The notes beneath the pieces were generated by a model. It ran no database searches and was not told the DNA's origin. It worked only from the letters and a program-made list of their open reading frames with translations. 64,000 nt of DNA from a virus (Duplodnaviria > Heunggongvirae > Uroviricota > Caudoviricetes), in IMG/VR virus record IMGVR_UViG_3300033121_000823, positions 19,348-83,347 of that record; one strand, given 5' to 3'. Below are positions 8,810 to 18,364 of the stretch, piece after piece; position 1 is the stretch's first letter, and each line of letters opens with the position of its first letter. Made by a program: the position numbers and the translations under genes.

Positions 8810-9518
8810 AACGTAAAACGTATTTATAGGTTAAATATCCACAACTATAAAGCAAATCATAAGATTCTGCTATATTTCTTACTTTTACTAATTGTCCACA
8901 CGTATATGTATAATATGAATTCTCATACTTTACCAAATGTTTATCACAATATCCTTTGTTGAAATCAGTCATAAAGGAAATTATGAGACAGTCGGATGTT
9001 TTAACTAACAAATTCTTAATAGTCTTATCCGTTAAGTGCTGGCACACATTGAATATAACGGTAGTAGCATCTTTTGGCAAGTCTGACGGCAAGTTCTTTC
9101 CGTCATATAGTTCAGTTCCTAGGGTTCGAAAGACAACATCAAAACCCCAATAGTCAACACTATGCGGAATAAACTTTTTAAGTGCTCCATAGCCACAACC
9201 AATGTCGATTACAGTTTTTGGATTAACCTTTGTCAAAAATGATGGAACTTCCATATCTTCCATCAACATCCTATTCATAGTATTACACTTATCTATATCG
9301 CCAGTCATTCCACCGCCAACTATTGACGAACTATCAATTTTAGCAGCGGCCGTCCAAAATTCTTTAAATGAGAAAGAGTCGTCATCTTGATTTAGTGCAG
9401 ATAGATGCTTTTCAGTCACTCCATTTGTTTTCAACATGTTAAAATATTCTGTATTTGAAGCGGCGTCAAATATACCAATTTCATCTAATTCTTTCATTAG
9501 AAAACTCCACGAGAACAT
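8763..9518 (-). CDS. SAM-dependent methyltransferase
   Basis: VIDIGCGYGAL matches motif I; 251 aa. Confidence 0.55.
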   Translation of the reverse strand: MFSWSFLMKELDEIGIFDAASNTEYFNMLKTNGVTEKHLSALNQDDDSFSFKEFWTAAAKIDSSSIVGGGMTGDIDKCNTMNRMLMEDMEVPSFLTKVNPKTVIDIGCGYGALKKFIPHSVDYWGFDVVFRTLGTELYDGKNLPSDLPKDATTVIFNVCQHLTDKTIKNLLVKTSDCLIISFMTDFNKGYCDKHLVKYENSYYTYTCGQLVKVRNIAESYDLLYSCGYLTYKYVLRFDGMVCMLCSRGKDA

Positions 9519-9724
9519 ACTTCAGAATTAATCGTTATGCAACTTTTTATTGCGTCTTGTATACATTTACCACCATTCCAGTCTTTTACAAATTGTTTAG
9601 TTGGAACTAGTGTAGTAGCATCGTTTATCCAAATAACTGTATGAATGTCTATTTTTGGACGAACAACACTCTTTCTATCAATCGTATTTAAGATTGTTCT
9701 ACTATCTATATAGATTTTAGACAT
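9497..9724 (-). CDS. hypothetical protein
   Basis: 75 aa ORF. Confidence 0.3.
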   Translation of the reverse strand: MSKIYIDSRTILNTIDRKSVVRPKIDIHTVIWINDATTLVPTKQFVKDWNGGKCIQDAIKSCITINSEVCSRGVF

Positions 9725-10179
9725 AATTCCTCACTAGTCATAACGTCCTTAGACGTTTTATACTTTAAAACTTGTCGTGCATTAGCTATAGAGTCTTCCA
9801 AATCCTTCAATTTTTCAAGGATTGGCCTGCCATCCTTATAAAAAAGCTGAAAGGCTTCGCATAAAACGCTATGCGTAGCTATCCATTTTACGAGAAAGCT
9901 TTCACTCGTTTCGGAGGAAAATGAAGCAAGCCCCGGCGAAAGAATCTTCATCATCTTATCAAGGAATACCCGCTCATCCTCACGAATTTCCATCTTTTTA
10001 CTTATATAGCAGTTAAGAAGTTCTTCGGCATTTATCAGTTTTCCATGGTAGAAATTCATAGTTTCAGTAAGCTTTTTTACATTCTTTTCTATGTCTTCAC
10101 GCTTACAGACATGTTCTACATTATTAAACATATCGGATGTAATATTAACATCACATATATCACATAGTATTAGACACAT
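9706..10179 (-). CDS. hypothetical protein, paralog of 10609..11079
   Basis: Shared N-terminal C-x-C...H-x-C..ED motif and conserved KW..(I/A)..(V/I) helix. Confidence 0.45.
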   Translation of the reverse strand: MCLILCDICDVNITSDMFNNVEHVCKREDIEKNVKKLTETMNFYHGKLINAEELLNCYISKKMEIREDERVFLDKMMKILSPGLASFSSETSESFLVKWIATHSVLCEAFQLFYKDGRPILEKLKDLEDSIANARQVLKYKTSKDVMTSEELCLKSI

Positions 10180-10556
10180 CCATAACCCCCTATACCAATT
10201 TTTAAATCATCTTGCAGTGTTGCTGTAAGCCCAAGTTTATTAAAGTTAAATATAAGAATCCAAATATCTACGTATACTTCATCACAAGCATAAGCATCCA
10301 ACTTGTAGAGTTCTGGCACTTCAATACCATTTTTCACAGCAAACTGTCCGATTTCAAGCGAAATTACATTATCTTCATAATCATTACAATAGTTAGTAAT
10401 ATCAAATCCGCTTTCTTTGACGCCGCTTATATAAGCCTTCTTAATTAATGATTTTGTAATTTTTCTTTTAAATTTATCTTCAATATCAACAGAAAATGTA
10501 CTAGTTTTTCCGTGACCATCATTAGATTCATCGCCGACAATTAAAGTAATAACCAT
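10170..10556 (-). CDS. hypothetical protein
   Basis: 128 aa ORF. Confidence 0.4.
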   Translation of the reverse strand: MVITLIVGDESNDGHGKTSTFSVDIEDKFKRKITKSLIKKAYISGVKESGFDITNYCNDYEDNVISLEIGQFAVKNGIEVPELYKLDAYACDEVYVDIWILIFNFNKLGLTATLQDDLKIGIGGYGCV

Positions 10557-10608
10557 TTTTAATTTCCTATATTAGGAGTATAGTCCATATTCACCAATTT
10601 GAAAATCC

Positions 10609-11079
10609 TTAAGATACAATCGCGTCAACAATATCCTGAACCGTCTTATCTAAGACTACATCCGTAAACTTCATAGGCTCTAATGATTCAATACATGCTT
10701 CACGAATTTCTTCCAAAATTTCCTCAGGACGTTTACCATGTCTATTTTGGAATAATCTATATGCGTGGAATGCAATATCATAGATTGCCGACCACTTATG
10801 GATAAATGAGTCGATATTGTCATATTGAAAAGAACCACTAACAGTATTTAGAAGCATAAGTTCAGACAAAAAATCCTTCAAAGTTTCATCAGTAATCTTA
10901 CTATAGTTAGAACTTATGTAATTATACAGTACATCTTCAACACGATGCTTTTTTCGAATCGACGCAGCAATCTGCTCATTAAGATTTCCAATGTATTTTC
11001 TAACGTCTTCCATATCACAAATATGTGTATCTAATTCATTAGTTATATCTTTATTGCAACAATCGCATCTTATCAGCAT
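10609..11079 (-). CDS. hypothetical protein, paralog of 9706..10179
   Basis: See the paralog entry above. Confidence 0.45.
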   Translation of the reverse strand: MLIRCDCCNKDITNELDTHICDMEDVRKYIGNLNEQIAASIRKKHRVEDVLYNYISSNYSKITDETLKDFLSELMLLNTVSGSFQYDNIDSFIHKWSAIYDIAFHAYRLFQNRHGKRPEEILEEIREACIESLEPMKFTDVVLDKTVQDIVDAIVS

Positions 11080-11346
11080 GTTATTTTATCCTATTTTGAC
11101 CTATTCGGCAGTAACAGCACATCATCAAAATCCAATTCTACTTCATTACTTATAATCATGCCTCACCAATAATTCTCATCTTCTTTGCTAGAACTACCTG
11201 CGTATTCCTACGGTCGAAACCGTAGATGAATTGGTTACAATATTCAACCTTAAATAAGGTGCCACGTCCGTCATATTTTCTACCATCATCACGGTTCCAA
11301 AGTATATGGAATCCTGTCATATAAGTCTGGTTTGCATCACTACGTG

Positions 11347-11571
11347 CTAGGTCGGCTCGGCTAAATCATCATATGTGTCGATTGTAGAACCACCAGCCAT
11401 CTTTGTTAGTCGAAGGTCTACTTCCATATTTGGAAGAATTTCTTCGCATAATTCTGCTAATCTACGTGCTGTTTCTCCATAGGCTGGAGCACATAAGGAA
11501 AGATGAGATGCAATAAAACTGTGTGTTCCGCCGCCGTAAATTACGATTTTCTTTTTCATTAGACGCTCCAA
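11347..11571 (-). CDS. truncated Rossmann-like ORF, possible frameshifted gene
   Basis: KKIVIYGGGTHSF N-terminal motif then TAG after 74 aa. A 54-codon ORF in another frame follows at about 11160..11340. Confidence 0.3.
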   Translation of the reverse strand: MERLMKKKIVIYGGGTHSFIASHLSLCAPAYGETARRLAELCEEILPNMEVDLRLTKMAGGSTIDTYDDLAEPT

Positions 11572-11939
11572 AAACCTACAGAATTATATTTTTCTGGCAA
11601 TGTGACACAAAATAATTCACCATTATGGTGATAACTTTTATCTTTAAGCAAATCATTTAATTCTTCATCAATATAAATTTGTTCTTCTTTTACCTTGAGA
11701 TAGTCCAAGGAATTATACCAATCTGTCATTTTATAGACAAGCGGATTTTGATTTACATAATAATAGCCAGTAATACCTAAATTAATTAGCTTACAAAGCT
11801 CTAATTTTGATATTTCTCCATCTCTTCTAATGAAGATACTTTCAGCTATATCTGGAAGTAACTTTGCGAACGTAATATAGAAGTCATTATCGCCAAATTT
11901 TACGCCAAACTGTTTCATTTTATTCCCTTGGAATTTCAA
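11559..11939 (-). CDS. hypothetical protein
   Basis: 126 aa ORF. Confidence 0.4.
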   Translation of the reverse strand: MKFQGNKMKQFGVKFGDNDFYITFAKLLPDIAESIFIRRDGEISKLELCKLINLGITGYYYVNQNPLVYKMTDWYNSLDYLKVKEEQIYIDEELNDLLKDKSYHHNGELFCVTLPEKYNSVGFWSV

Positions 11940-12279
11940 TTTTAGAAAAAAGCATATTACTCAGTGCTGCAAATATATCATTTACAGCAGTAACATCTTT
12001 AATTTCAATTATTTCTTTATTTATACTATTAACTATTTTGAACATTGGAGTCAAACCTTTTCTATATACTATAGAAAATTCATTATAAGTTCCGTGTGTT
12101 TTATATAATAAAAATGGGTATAACTCTTTATTGTAAGACCTATAATGATATTCTATGTTATCATCTGCATATTCACGTTTTACAATGGTTATAATAGAAA
12201 GAATATCTTTCTCTTTTTCATTTTTACAACAAAAATAATAACCTGGACTATTTGGAAGTCCTTTTGTAAATTTACTCAT
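11920..12279 (-). CDS. hypothetical protein
   Basis: 119 aa ORF. Confidence 0.4.
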   Translation of the reverse strand: MSKFTKGLPNSPGYYFCCKNEKEKDILSIITIVKREYADDNIEYHYRSYNKELYPFLLYKTHGTYNEFSIVYRKGLTPMFKIVNSINKEIIEIKDVTAVNDIFAALSNMLFSKIEIPRE

Positions 12280-12298
12280 ACATTAATCCTTATTAATA

Positions 12299-12410
12299 GT
12301 GGTCACCCTTGGAATCGAACCAAGATACGTCCATTAGTAGTGGAATTTAAAATTGCTGAAGAAGATTAACTTCTATATACTGCTTTATCCATTAAGCTAA
12401 GTGACCAAGG
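12299..12410 (-). tRNA. atypical tRNA-like gene (about 108 nt)
   Basis: Acceptor GGTCACT/GGTGACC, D-arm GCTT-AATGGATA-AAGC, T-arm CTTGG-TTCGATT-CCAAG; about 34 extra nt between D- and T-arms. Confidence 0.35.
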
Positions 12411-12451
12411 GCGGATTAAACCGCACTAACATTACACCAATACACCGTTTA

Positions 12452-12829
12452 TTATCTTTTCCTAATCATTAACATTTCATCAGCTAAAACTGTATGTCCT
12501 CTATCACTATAATTTTGTTTACCAATTCCTCTAATTTTTCCAAAATTAACCTTAACTAAGGTTCCACTTCCATATCCATAATTAATAGCATCTATTCTTT
12601 TTAAGAAAATATGAAAACCTGATGTATATGTATGAAAACCTGATGTATATGAACGATTAGAATTACATACTACAGTAGTACGTTTTGCTTTAAGCCATTT
12701 ATTAAATTGATAAGGCTTTCCAAGCAAGTAAGGTACTTTACCATATATACGGACTGACTTCCATCCAACGCCAGCCGCCAAATTTCTTCTTTCCTCATCA
12801 TCAAGTTCATGCACAATTTGTAAACACAT
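12452..12829 (-). CDS. hypothetical protein with internal tandem duplication
   Basis: Protein repeat YTSGFH x2 encoded by tandem about 19-bp DNA repeat near 12607..12650. Confidence 0.4.
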   Translation of the reverse strand: MCLQIVHELDDEERRNLAAGVGWKSVRIYGKVPYLLGKPYQFNKWLKAKRTTVVCNSNRSYTSGFHTYTSGFHIFLKRIDAINYGYGSGTLVKVNFGKIRGIGKQNYSDRGHTVLADEMLMIRKR

Positions 12830-12830
12830 A

Positions 12831-13388
12831 TCACTTTTCCCTTCTTGCAGAAGCTAAAATCCTATCAATTCCAATATTCTTATCAGACCACCAAGTTAGG
12901 CGAATCTTATCACGAACCTTATACGTTTTTTCTCTCGTTCCATCTTTTACAAAATTAACTTCATCTTCATCAACAAACTTATACTTCATACGACGTTTAG
13001 ACTTACCATTTATATCTCTGTAAGATTCCACATAGTCAAAAACGGGTCGAGTAATCTTACGTCCTGTATATACCTTGCGGTATTTTGGAACTGTTCTAGT
13101 TTCACTCTTATTCAGATATTCCAATCTGTATGGAATGTCTTGTCTATTCAATTCACTAGTAATATTCCATTCATAATATGAGTAGTAGTCAAAAACAATT
13201 GACCGTTTCTTTCCACGGCCCTTTTGACGTTTAGACTTTTTATGTGGACGAGAAGGCATATCATCCCACGAATTAGGAATATTTCTTCTCTTCCCACGGA
13301 CAAAGTCCGTATGGTCTTCATCACAGTTATAACGACGCTCTTGAGTAGTTCGTGGGCGTCTATATGAGGAAGTCATATGATGTTTCAT
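12831..13388 (-). CDS. highly basic hypothetical protein
   Basis: 185 aa, Arg/Lys-rich. Confidence 0.4.
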   Translation of the reverse strand: MKHHMTSSYRRPRTTQERRYNCDEDHTDFVRGKRRNIPNSWDDMPSRPHKKSKRQKGRGKKRSIVFDYYSYYEWNITSELNRQDIPYRLEYLNKSETRTVPKYRKVYTGRKITRPVFDYVESYRDINGKSKRRMKYKFVDEDEVNFVKDGTREKTYKVRDKIRLTWWSDKNIGIDRILASARREK

Positions 13389-13399
13389 AGAAAATTCCT

Positions 13400-13780
13400 T
13401 TACTTTACGGTTTCAACTCCAACAACTTCATAGTCAGAAGTAAGTATATATGGCTTGATTACATATTGTGTGTAGTGAACTTTAACTTCCTTACCAACAT
13501 TTTCTTCCATCTTCTTACCGACATCTTCAGATGTCGTTGAACATGACCAATAACCAAACATTGGCTTATCAGTACCTTGATTTAGTGGAACATCTACAAG
13601 TTGTAGTTCAGCATCATAGCTTTTAAAGAATAAACCCTTTTTTGATACCTTAATTAACTTACCACCCCTTGTTCCCTCAGAATATCCCTTACCAACTCCA
13701 CCCATACATGAACAACCGCCCACAACACATAAAAATAGTATAAAACATACTACCACACATCCAATGAATTTTTCCATACT
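13400..13780 (-). CDS. putative lipoprotein
   Basis: Track ORF 13400..13990 probably starts at internal MEKFIGCVVVCFILFLCVVGGC, a lipobox-like signal. Confidence 0.35.
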   Translation of the reverse strand, partial: SMEKFIGCVVVCFILFLCVVGGCSCMGGVGKGYSEGTRGGKLIKVSKKGLFFKSYDAELQLVDVPLNQGTDKPMFGYWSCSTTSEDVGKKMEENVGKEVKVHYTQYVIKPYILTSDYEVVGVETVK

Positions 13781-13787
13781 TGTATTC

Positions 13788-14102
13788 CTAAATAATAAGA
13801 GATTTTGTCGGTAAGACAATTCCGCCAAATTGGGCACTATACATATCTCGAAGTTGTTCGACAATTGGATATGGTTTAACGATAAGTGATTCCCCACTAA
13901 CTTCCAATGTTTTTTCAGAATCAGAAATAAATTGGGGCCAAGGTTGAGCGGAAAGCTGTGTATTGCCAGCTCTATCTTGAGCCATTCCAAGTGTTATTGG
14001 ATTTTGTACGCAATATGTGTCAGTAGATGCGTCATGTGATAACACCTGTGCAATCACAATTTCCCCCGATAAAAACTTAAACGCCCTGATTTCATTTATC
14101 AT
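13788..14102 (-). CDS. hypothetical protein
   Basis: 104 aa ORF. Confidence 0.4.
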   Translation of the reverse strand: MINEIRAFKFLSGEIVIAQVLSHDASTDTYCVQNPITLGMAQDRAGNTQLSAQPWPQFISDSEKTLEVSGESLIVKPYPIVEQLRDMYSAQFGGIVLPTKSLII

Positions 14103-14637
14103 TCTTTAGCTCCTTACCAATTTCTATAATCATTTTATATATTTTGGTATCTAAAACACCAGTAATAATATTTCTTACGTCCGTTAATATTAACCCAAGT
14201 TTATTTATACCCCAGTCATCAATATTATTTAAAGCATCTTTTTCGCTATATCCAATACCCCAAATTCTATCAGTTGGACTAGCTTCGACTAGCAAATCTG
14301 GATATGTGCCTAGAAGTAAATCTCTTAAATCTTCATGATAAGAAAATTTACATAGACATCCATAAAAAACTACCTCTGAAGATATAGCATCCCATACCTT
14401 AGCATCAAATCCATTAACCAATCTACCTAAACGCTTTTGCTCTCTAGGAGAATTAGTATTCATAATAGCATTGAATGATTCCTCGTCATTGAAGCATAGA
14501 GCCTTATTAGCCATCATATACTGCTCAACACAGTTAAATGTGGTCGGCTTTTCAAGCCGTTTAATAGGAGAAAAAGCAGTAGTGAATGGCGATTCATGCC
14601 AATTACTCAGCGGGCCGCCCCAGAAAAAGTGATACAT
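14092..14637 (-). CDS. NADAR-domain protein (YbiA-like)
   Basis: SNWHESPF ... VEQYMMANKALCF ... NSPREQKRLGR ... LVEASPTDRIWGIG match the NADAR/DUF1768 family. Confidence 0.65.
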   Translation of the reverse strand: MYHFFWGGPLSNWHESPFTTAFSPIKRLEKPTTFNCVEQYMMANKALCFNDEESFNAIMNTNSPREQKRLGRLVNGFDAKVWDAISSEVVFYGCLCKFSYHEDLRDLLLGTYPDLLVEASPTDRIWGIGYSEKDALNNIDDWGINKLGLILTDVRNIITGVLDTKIYKMIIEIGKELKNDK

Positions 14638-15200
14638 TAGAAATAGTTCTCCATATATTCCGCGACCTGTTTACATAGGTCATCTATTGACATAACAAGA
14701 TTAATTTCATCTACAGTTCGTATGTCTTGATTGAATCTTTCTGTTTGTACAATCAAGTCCAACTTTCTAATATAATATGGATGAAATCCAGCGAAAATCT
14801 TCTTATTACTTCGTCCAAGTTCCTTACCATACTCAAAGAGAGTTATTGGACAAAGTGTTTCGGCCGGGAACCAGAATAAGATATAGTCGGCAACCTTGAT
14901 TTGGTCATACTCCCAATGAATCTGGGCGGCTGGATTAGGTAATCCATCACGTCGCGGATTAACAATATTTAATGGATACCCTTTTAAGATATTAAGGAGT
15001 TTTTCGGCGACCTCTTCCTGCCAGTTTGGGCAATTTGAAATACCTCCAGCTAAAAATAGACATCCCCAATCATTTTTTGGAACGTCTGGACACTTAAAGT
15101 ACTTCGCCATACTCAGCCTCCTCAAAAATTTCATCTTGACACGCTTGACATAGGCCAGAAATTTTATACTCGCGAATAGATAAATTATCCCTAAAATCAC
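14637..15200 (-). CDS. nucleoside 2-deoxyribosyltransferase-like protein
   Basis: CLFLAGGISNC ... NPRR resembles the PF05014 YLAGP core. Confidence 0.45.
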   Translation of the reverse strand: MILGIIYLFASIKFLAYVKRVKMKFLRRLSMAKYFKCPDVPKNDWGCLFLAGGISNCPNWQEEVAEKLLNILKGYPLNIVNPRRDGLPNPAAQIHWEYDQIKVADYILFWFPAETLCPITLFEYGKELGRSNKKIFAGFHPYYIRKLDLIVQTERFNQDIRTVDEINLVMSIDDLCKQVAEYMENYF

Positions 15201-15297
15201 TCATGATTATATCACACTCGCAAAGTGGACATTTCTTATTACGTACTAAAGACGTTTCACGAATATATCCAACCTGCTTCATAATTTCTTCATTCAT
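15094..15297 (-). CDS. small zinc-ribbon protein
   Basis: CPLCECD ... CQACQDE. Confidence 0.35.
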   Translation of the reverse strand: MNEEIMKQVGYIRETSLVRNKKCPLCECDIIMSDFRDNLSIREYKISGLCQACQDEIFEEAEYGEVL

Positions 15298-15755
15298 GGC
15301 TTAAATCCTATTTTTCGCGTAGAGTCGCCGAAAATACTTCTTGGAATATTATGCGGGTGAAAGATACCGTCTTTTCGCGAGCAAAAGACGAATTCGGCGG
15401 TTGCTACACATTTTTTCTCTATTAATTTTCTAGATTGAGAGTGTACTTCGACACTTATAGTTATAGCCTTTGTTCTAACATCAGTAATTCGACATTTAAT
15501 GTAAACAATATCACCCATTTGGGCGGCAGCATGAAACGTGCCGTTGAATTTATGAGTTACTGCACTATCACACTCTGTAAGAGTAAGGATTTGAGATACG
15601 CAGCAGGCAGCCGCTAAATCCATTTTAGAGAAGAGGGCACCACCGAAAATCATTGGTTGCATATAGTTAGTATCGGCGGGCATTACAACAAAGTTTGTTT
15701 CAAAAGTTAGGAAGTCATTCCAATTTTTATTCATATTATCCCTTTCAATATTCAA
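15294..15755 (-). CDS. hotdog-fold acyl-CoA thioesterase-like protein
   Basis: 4HBT-like core MPADTNYMQPMIFGGALFSKMDLAAA ... HAAAQMGDIVYI. Confidence 0.5.
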   Translation of the reverse strand: MNIERDNMNKNWNDFLTFETNFVVMPADTNYMQPMIFGGALFSKMDLAAACCVSQILTLTECDSAVTHKFNGTFHAAAQMGDIVYIKCRITDVRTKAITISVEVHSQSRKLIEKKCVATAEFVFCSRKDGIFHPHNIPRSIFGDSTRKIGFKP

Positions 15756-15757
15756 AG

Positions 15758-15835
15758 TTTGGTGTGCCAGAAGGTGCTCGAACCCTTCTCTGTTGCTCTT
15801 CAGGCAACCACTTTACCATCTAAGTTACTGGCACC
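15758..15835 (-). tRNA. tRNA-Phe(GAA), CCA encoded
   Basis: Acceptor GTGCCAG/CTGGCAC, D ACTT-AGATGGTA-AAGT, anticodon stem GTTGC/GCAAC with loop CTGAAGA. Confidence 0.6.
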
Positions 15836-15846
15836 TACTTCATAGG

Positions 15847-15919
15847 TCGTACTAGTAAGAATCGAACTTACATCTTGATTGTATCAGAATCACGTCTTAA
15901 ACCATTAGACGATAGTACG
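15847..15919 (-). tRNA. tRNA-Ile(GAU)
   Basis: Acceptor CGTACTA/TAGTACG, D GTCT/AGAC, anticodon stem TGATT/AATCA with loop CTGATAC, T-arm GTAAG-TTCGATT-CTTAC. Confidence 0.6.
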
Positions 15920-15920
15920 T

Positions 15921-16027
15921 TGGCGGGGAAGTTTGGATTTGAACCAAAATATATAGATTTTCAGTCTATTTTTTACCTTTTGGTATTTGCTGATATAGCA
16001 TATACAGGCTACATTTTTCTCTTCCCC
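15921..16027 (-). ncRNA. tRNA-like element with T-arm, CCA and embedded ATCAGCAA motif
   Basis: TTTGG-TTCAAAT-CCAAA then CTTCCCC-G-CCA; anticodon-like hairpin ATAGA-CTGAAAA-TCTAT. Matching acceptor GGGGAAG lies 107 nt away with a TATATCAGCAAATACCAAAAGG insert. Confidence 0.3.
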
Positions 16028-16032
16028 ATAGT

Positions 16033-16103
16033 ACCCAATAAGCGAATCGAACGCTTGCTTCAACCTTGTAAGGATTGCACTCTAACCACTGAGTTAATCG
16101 GGC
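16033..16103 (-). tRNA. tRNA-Val(UAC)
   Basis: Acceptor GCCCGAT/ATTGGGT with two GU pairs, D ACTC-AGTGGTTAG-AGTG, anticodon stem CAATC/GGTTG with loop CTTACAA, T-arm AAGCG-TTCGATT-CGCTT. Confidence 0.5.
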
Positions 16104-16104
16104 A

Positions 16105-16317
16105 TTATACATCATCAAAAATTTTTGGAGGATTTTTTAACATTAAAGTTATAACTACTGCTCCGCTAGCAAACATTAGTCCAACAACAGATGCGTGCTG
16201 TGCATCAATATTTCTTTCAAAGTTCCAGCCGCCAATATACAGCGGAATGAATGGAATAATAAAACAAAAGATAGCATTAAAACCTGCCCAAAATATACCT
16301 TTCATATGAATCTCCAA
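16105..16317 (-). CDS. small membrane protein
   Basis: 70 aa with two TM helices. Confidence 0.4.
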   Translation of the reverse strand: MEIHMKGIFWAGFNAIFCFIIPFIPLYIGGWNFERNIDAQHASVVGLMFASGAVVITLMLKNPPKIFDDV

Positions 16318-16728
16318 TTACATTACAACCTTACTTTCCACAAATATATCTTGCAACGATTCAAAGTAACCCTTCCAAGGTGGATACTTTTCAACCTTCT
16401 CGTAGTAAGTTTCATCGCTCACCGAGTCAATGATTGCTTGAGCATCCTTTTCATTTTTGTAAATTCCAACAATACAACCGTGTCCTTCAGAGTTTCCAAA
16501 GGAATCACCAGTACTATATCTCGCTAATACAATGTACACAGTTTGTCCACGAACTACATCAAAAGGAACTTCCTTAGTAATTGACATTGGAAAGGGTGCT
16601 ATTCGAATTTCTCTCAATTCGAAATTGTAGATTGATGTACCACGATACGACCAAGCTCCACCATCTTCCTCTGCTCCAATACCACTTTCTTCACACCATT
16701 CATCAAAGTCAACATATAGTGACGTCAT
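16318..16728 (-). CDS. hypothetical protein
   Basis: 136 aa ORF. Confidence 0.4.
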   Translation of the reverse strand: MTSLYVDFDEWCEESGIGAEEDGGAWSYRGTSIYNFELREIRIAPFPMSITKEVPFDVVRGQTVYIVLARYSTGDSFGNSEGHGCIVGIYKNEKDAQAIIDSVSDETYYEKVEKYPPWKGYFESLQDIFVESKVVM

Positions 16729-17255
16729 CGTATAATCCTTTTACATAACATTGAATAGTTTGATTCAAGTATCTCCTTGCCGAACCATGTAGGAATTTTA
16801 ACTACTGGAAATTCAATCTCAGTACTACTTAATAATTCTAATTCTAGAATAATCTTACAATTACTAAAAATATCTACATAAACTGAAAATGTTTCATAAA
16901 GATGTACTTTACGATTGAATCCTAGATGCCACTCAAAATTATTGGAATCTAATTTAAATCTTGTCTTAAAGAGATTTGCTGTTGGAAGAGATTCTAATAT
17001 TGTATAGGCGTCACGACTAATTTCATATTCTCTTTCATACTTTTTATACTTCTGTGTTATAAAATATACAGTGTTATTTTTACTTTCAAGTTTTCTTATT
17101 CTAGTCTTTCCATCATCTAAGTACTTTTGAGTTAACTGATAAGAATCAACAATATAAGGGACACAATGTTTTATAAAATTTTCAGTAGATAATTCAAATT
17201 TTTGCTCAATTTCAAACACTGTTGTATCCTTCTTTATATGCTCTATTAAGAGCAC
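16725..17255 (-). CDS. hypothetical protein
   Basis: 176 aa ORF. Confidence 0.4.
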   Translation of the reverse strand: MLLIEHIKKDTTVFEIEQKFELSTENFIKHCVPYIVDSYQLTQKYLDDGKTRIRKLESKNNTVYFITQKYKKYEREYEISRDAYTILESLPTANLFKTRFKLDSNNFEWHLGFNRKVHLYETFSVYVDIFSNCKIILELELLSSTEIEFPVVKIPTWFGKEILESNYSMLCKRIIR

Positions 17256-17517
17256 CGTTAAAGTTTAGACTTCGTGGATTTCCAAGTTCTGCATCCATTT
17301 TACCCATCTCACGAGTATACTTACAGAGTAATTTTTCTACTTCCAATGTATATGGTTCTTCTGACATATAAAATGCTGTCCCATGAGCGGGACAGTTCAT
17401 ATGCATTTCTTCTCTCTTACATCCAGAACATTTCGTAACTCTAGGTAAGTATGGTGAAGTAACGCTACTACGTAGCGAAAGTTCTCTATGCCTTTTCATA
17501 CGATTTATCCAAATCAA
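17212..17517 (-). CDS. hypothetical Cys/His-rich protein
   Basis: 101 aa with CSGCK..HMNCPAHG. Confidence 0.35.
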   Translation of the reverse strand: MIWINRMKRHRELSLRSSVTSPYLPRVTKCSGCKREEMHMNCPAHGTAFYMSEEPYTLEVEKLLCKYTREMGKMDAELGNPRSLNFNGALNRAYKEGYNSV

Positions 17518-17695
17518 ACGGAGTAATGTGGTATATTGATTCTTCAGTCCATAGGATAGTATCCTTTTCTCTTCTATCCCATAGTTCTTCTTTATAGTTT
17601 AAGGCATTAATAGCCATTTCTATAGAAGAAAAAACTCCAATTATACTAGTATCGAAGTATTTTTTACAAGTACGAGTCAAAATATATAATTCCAT
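17486..17695 (-). CDS. hypothetical protein
   Basis: 69 aa ORF. Confidence 0.35.
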   Translation of the reverse strand: MELYILTRTCKKYFDTSIIGVFSSIEMAINALNYKEELWDRREKDTILWTEESIYHITPFDLDKSYEKA

Positions 17696-17712
17696 ATATA
17701 CTCCTTAATAAG

Positions 17713-17784
17713 TCCAGCCAGCAGAACTCGAATCTACTTAATGAGGGCCACAACCTCACGCATTACCATATATGCTATGGCTGG
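17713..17784 (-). tRNA. tRNA-His(GUG)
   Basis: Acceptor CCAGCCA/TGGCTGG, anticodon stem TGAGG/CCTCA with loop TTGTGGC. Confidence 0.55.
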
Positions 17785-17835
17785 GAAGGTGAGATAGGAT
17801 ACTATTGAGGTATCATTTCAACGCAGTAGCGTTGC

Positions 17836-17862
17836 GTTTTATCTGTAAGGACTTTTGTTTAT
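17836..17862 (+). terminator. hairpin plus T-run (plus-strand-oriented intrinsic terminator-like)
   Basis: CAACG-CAGTAG-CGTTG followed by CGTTTTAT. Confidence 0.3.
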
Positions 17863-17907
17863 ACAGTTTGCCATTAAAACTACTATCTCATTTATAGGAA
17901 TATACAT

Positions 17908-18132
17908 TTACTTACTCTTCCGAAGGAAGGGAATACTTCCCCAGCGTTCCTTAGTCTTTTCAAGTCCAACTTCTTCAGAAATCTTCTTCGCCTTAAGCGA
18001 AGCATCAGTCGAAAGTTTTGTACTTTCCAACTCAACCTTTTTATTGAGATGAATGACCGTTCCAATAATGCCCACTGAAAGAACAATGGCAAGACAAACA
18101 ATTCCACACAACTTTACTTCATGTGACATTTC
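17908..18132 (-). CDS. small membrane-anchored basic protein
   Basis: Track ORF 17908..18249 overlaps tRNA-Arg; likely starts at internal MSHEVKLCGIV... Confidence 0.35.
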   Translation of the reverse strand, partial: EMSHEVKLCGIVCLAIVLSVGIIGTVIHLNKKVELESTKLSTDASLKAKKISEEVGLEKTKERWGSIPFLRKSK

Positions 18133-18164
18133 AAAACTCCAAAAATTAATAGGAAAAGAAATAG

Positions 18165-18236
18165 TGCCCTTCATAGGATTTGAACCTACTCTTATACTTT
18201 CGTAGAGTATCGTGCTCTCCGTTACACTAAAAGGGC
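18165..18236 (-). tRNA. tRNA-Arg(ACG)
   Basis: Acceptor GCCCTTT/GAAGGGC, D GTGT-AACGGAG-AGCAC, anticodon stem ATACT/AGTAT with loop CTACGAA. Confidence 0.6.
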
Positions 18237-18364
18237 ATAGCACACTCAATTGGTTTGTCCAATATCTCTACTAAACTTAAAAAGTAGAAATGTTATGATA
18301 TTCATGAGTATCATTATTACACCATAAGTGTGTAAGCTTGTTAGAGGTACATATGATAGTTCTA

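Noticed and set aside
12380-12440. GGGCGGATTAAACCGCAC hairpin upstream of the 12.3 kb tRNA-like gene
   Set aside because: It could be a promoter-proximal structure but there is no T-run. Too little evidence to call a feature.
15875-16309. Plus-strand ORF 15875..16309 and minus-strand ORF 21203..21457
   Set aside because: Both run through tRNA genes (Ile, Val and the tRNA-like element; Pro, Asn), so they are artefacts of six-frame translation.
17790-17880. Possible tRNA between tRNA-His and 17892..18107
   Set aside because: No T-arm or acceptor pairing. Only a hairpin with T-run, listed as a weak plus-strand terminator.
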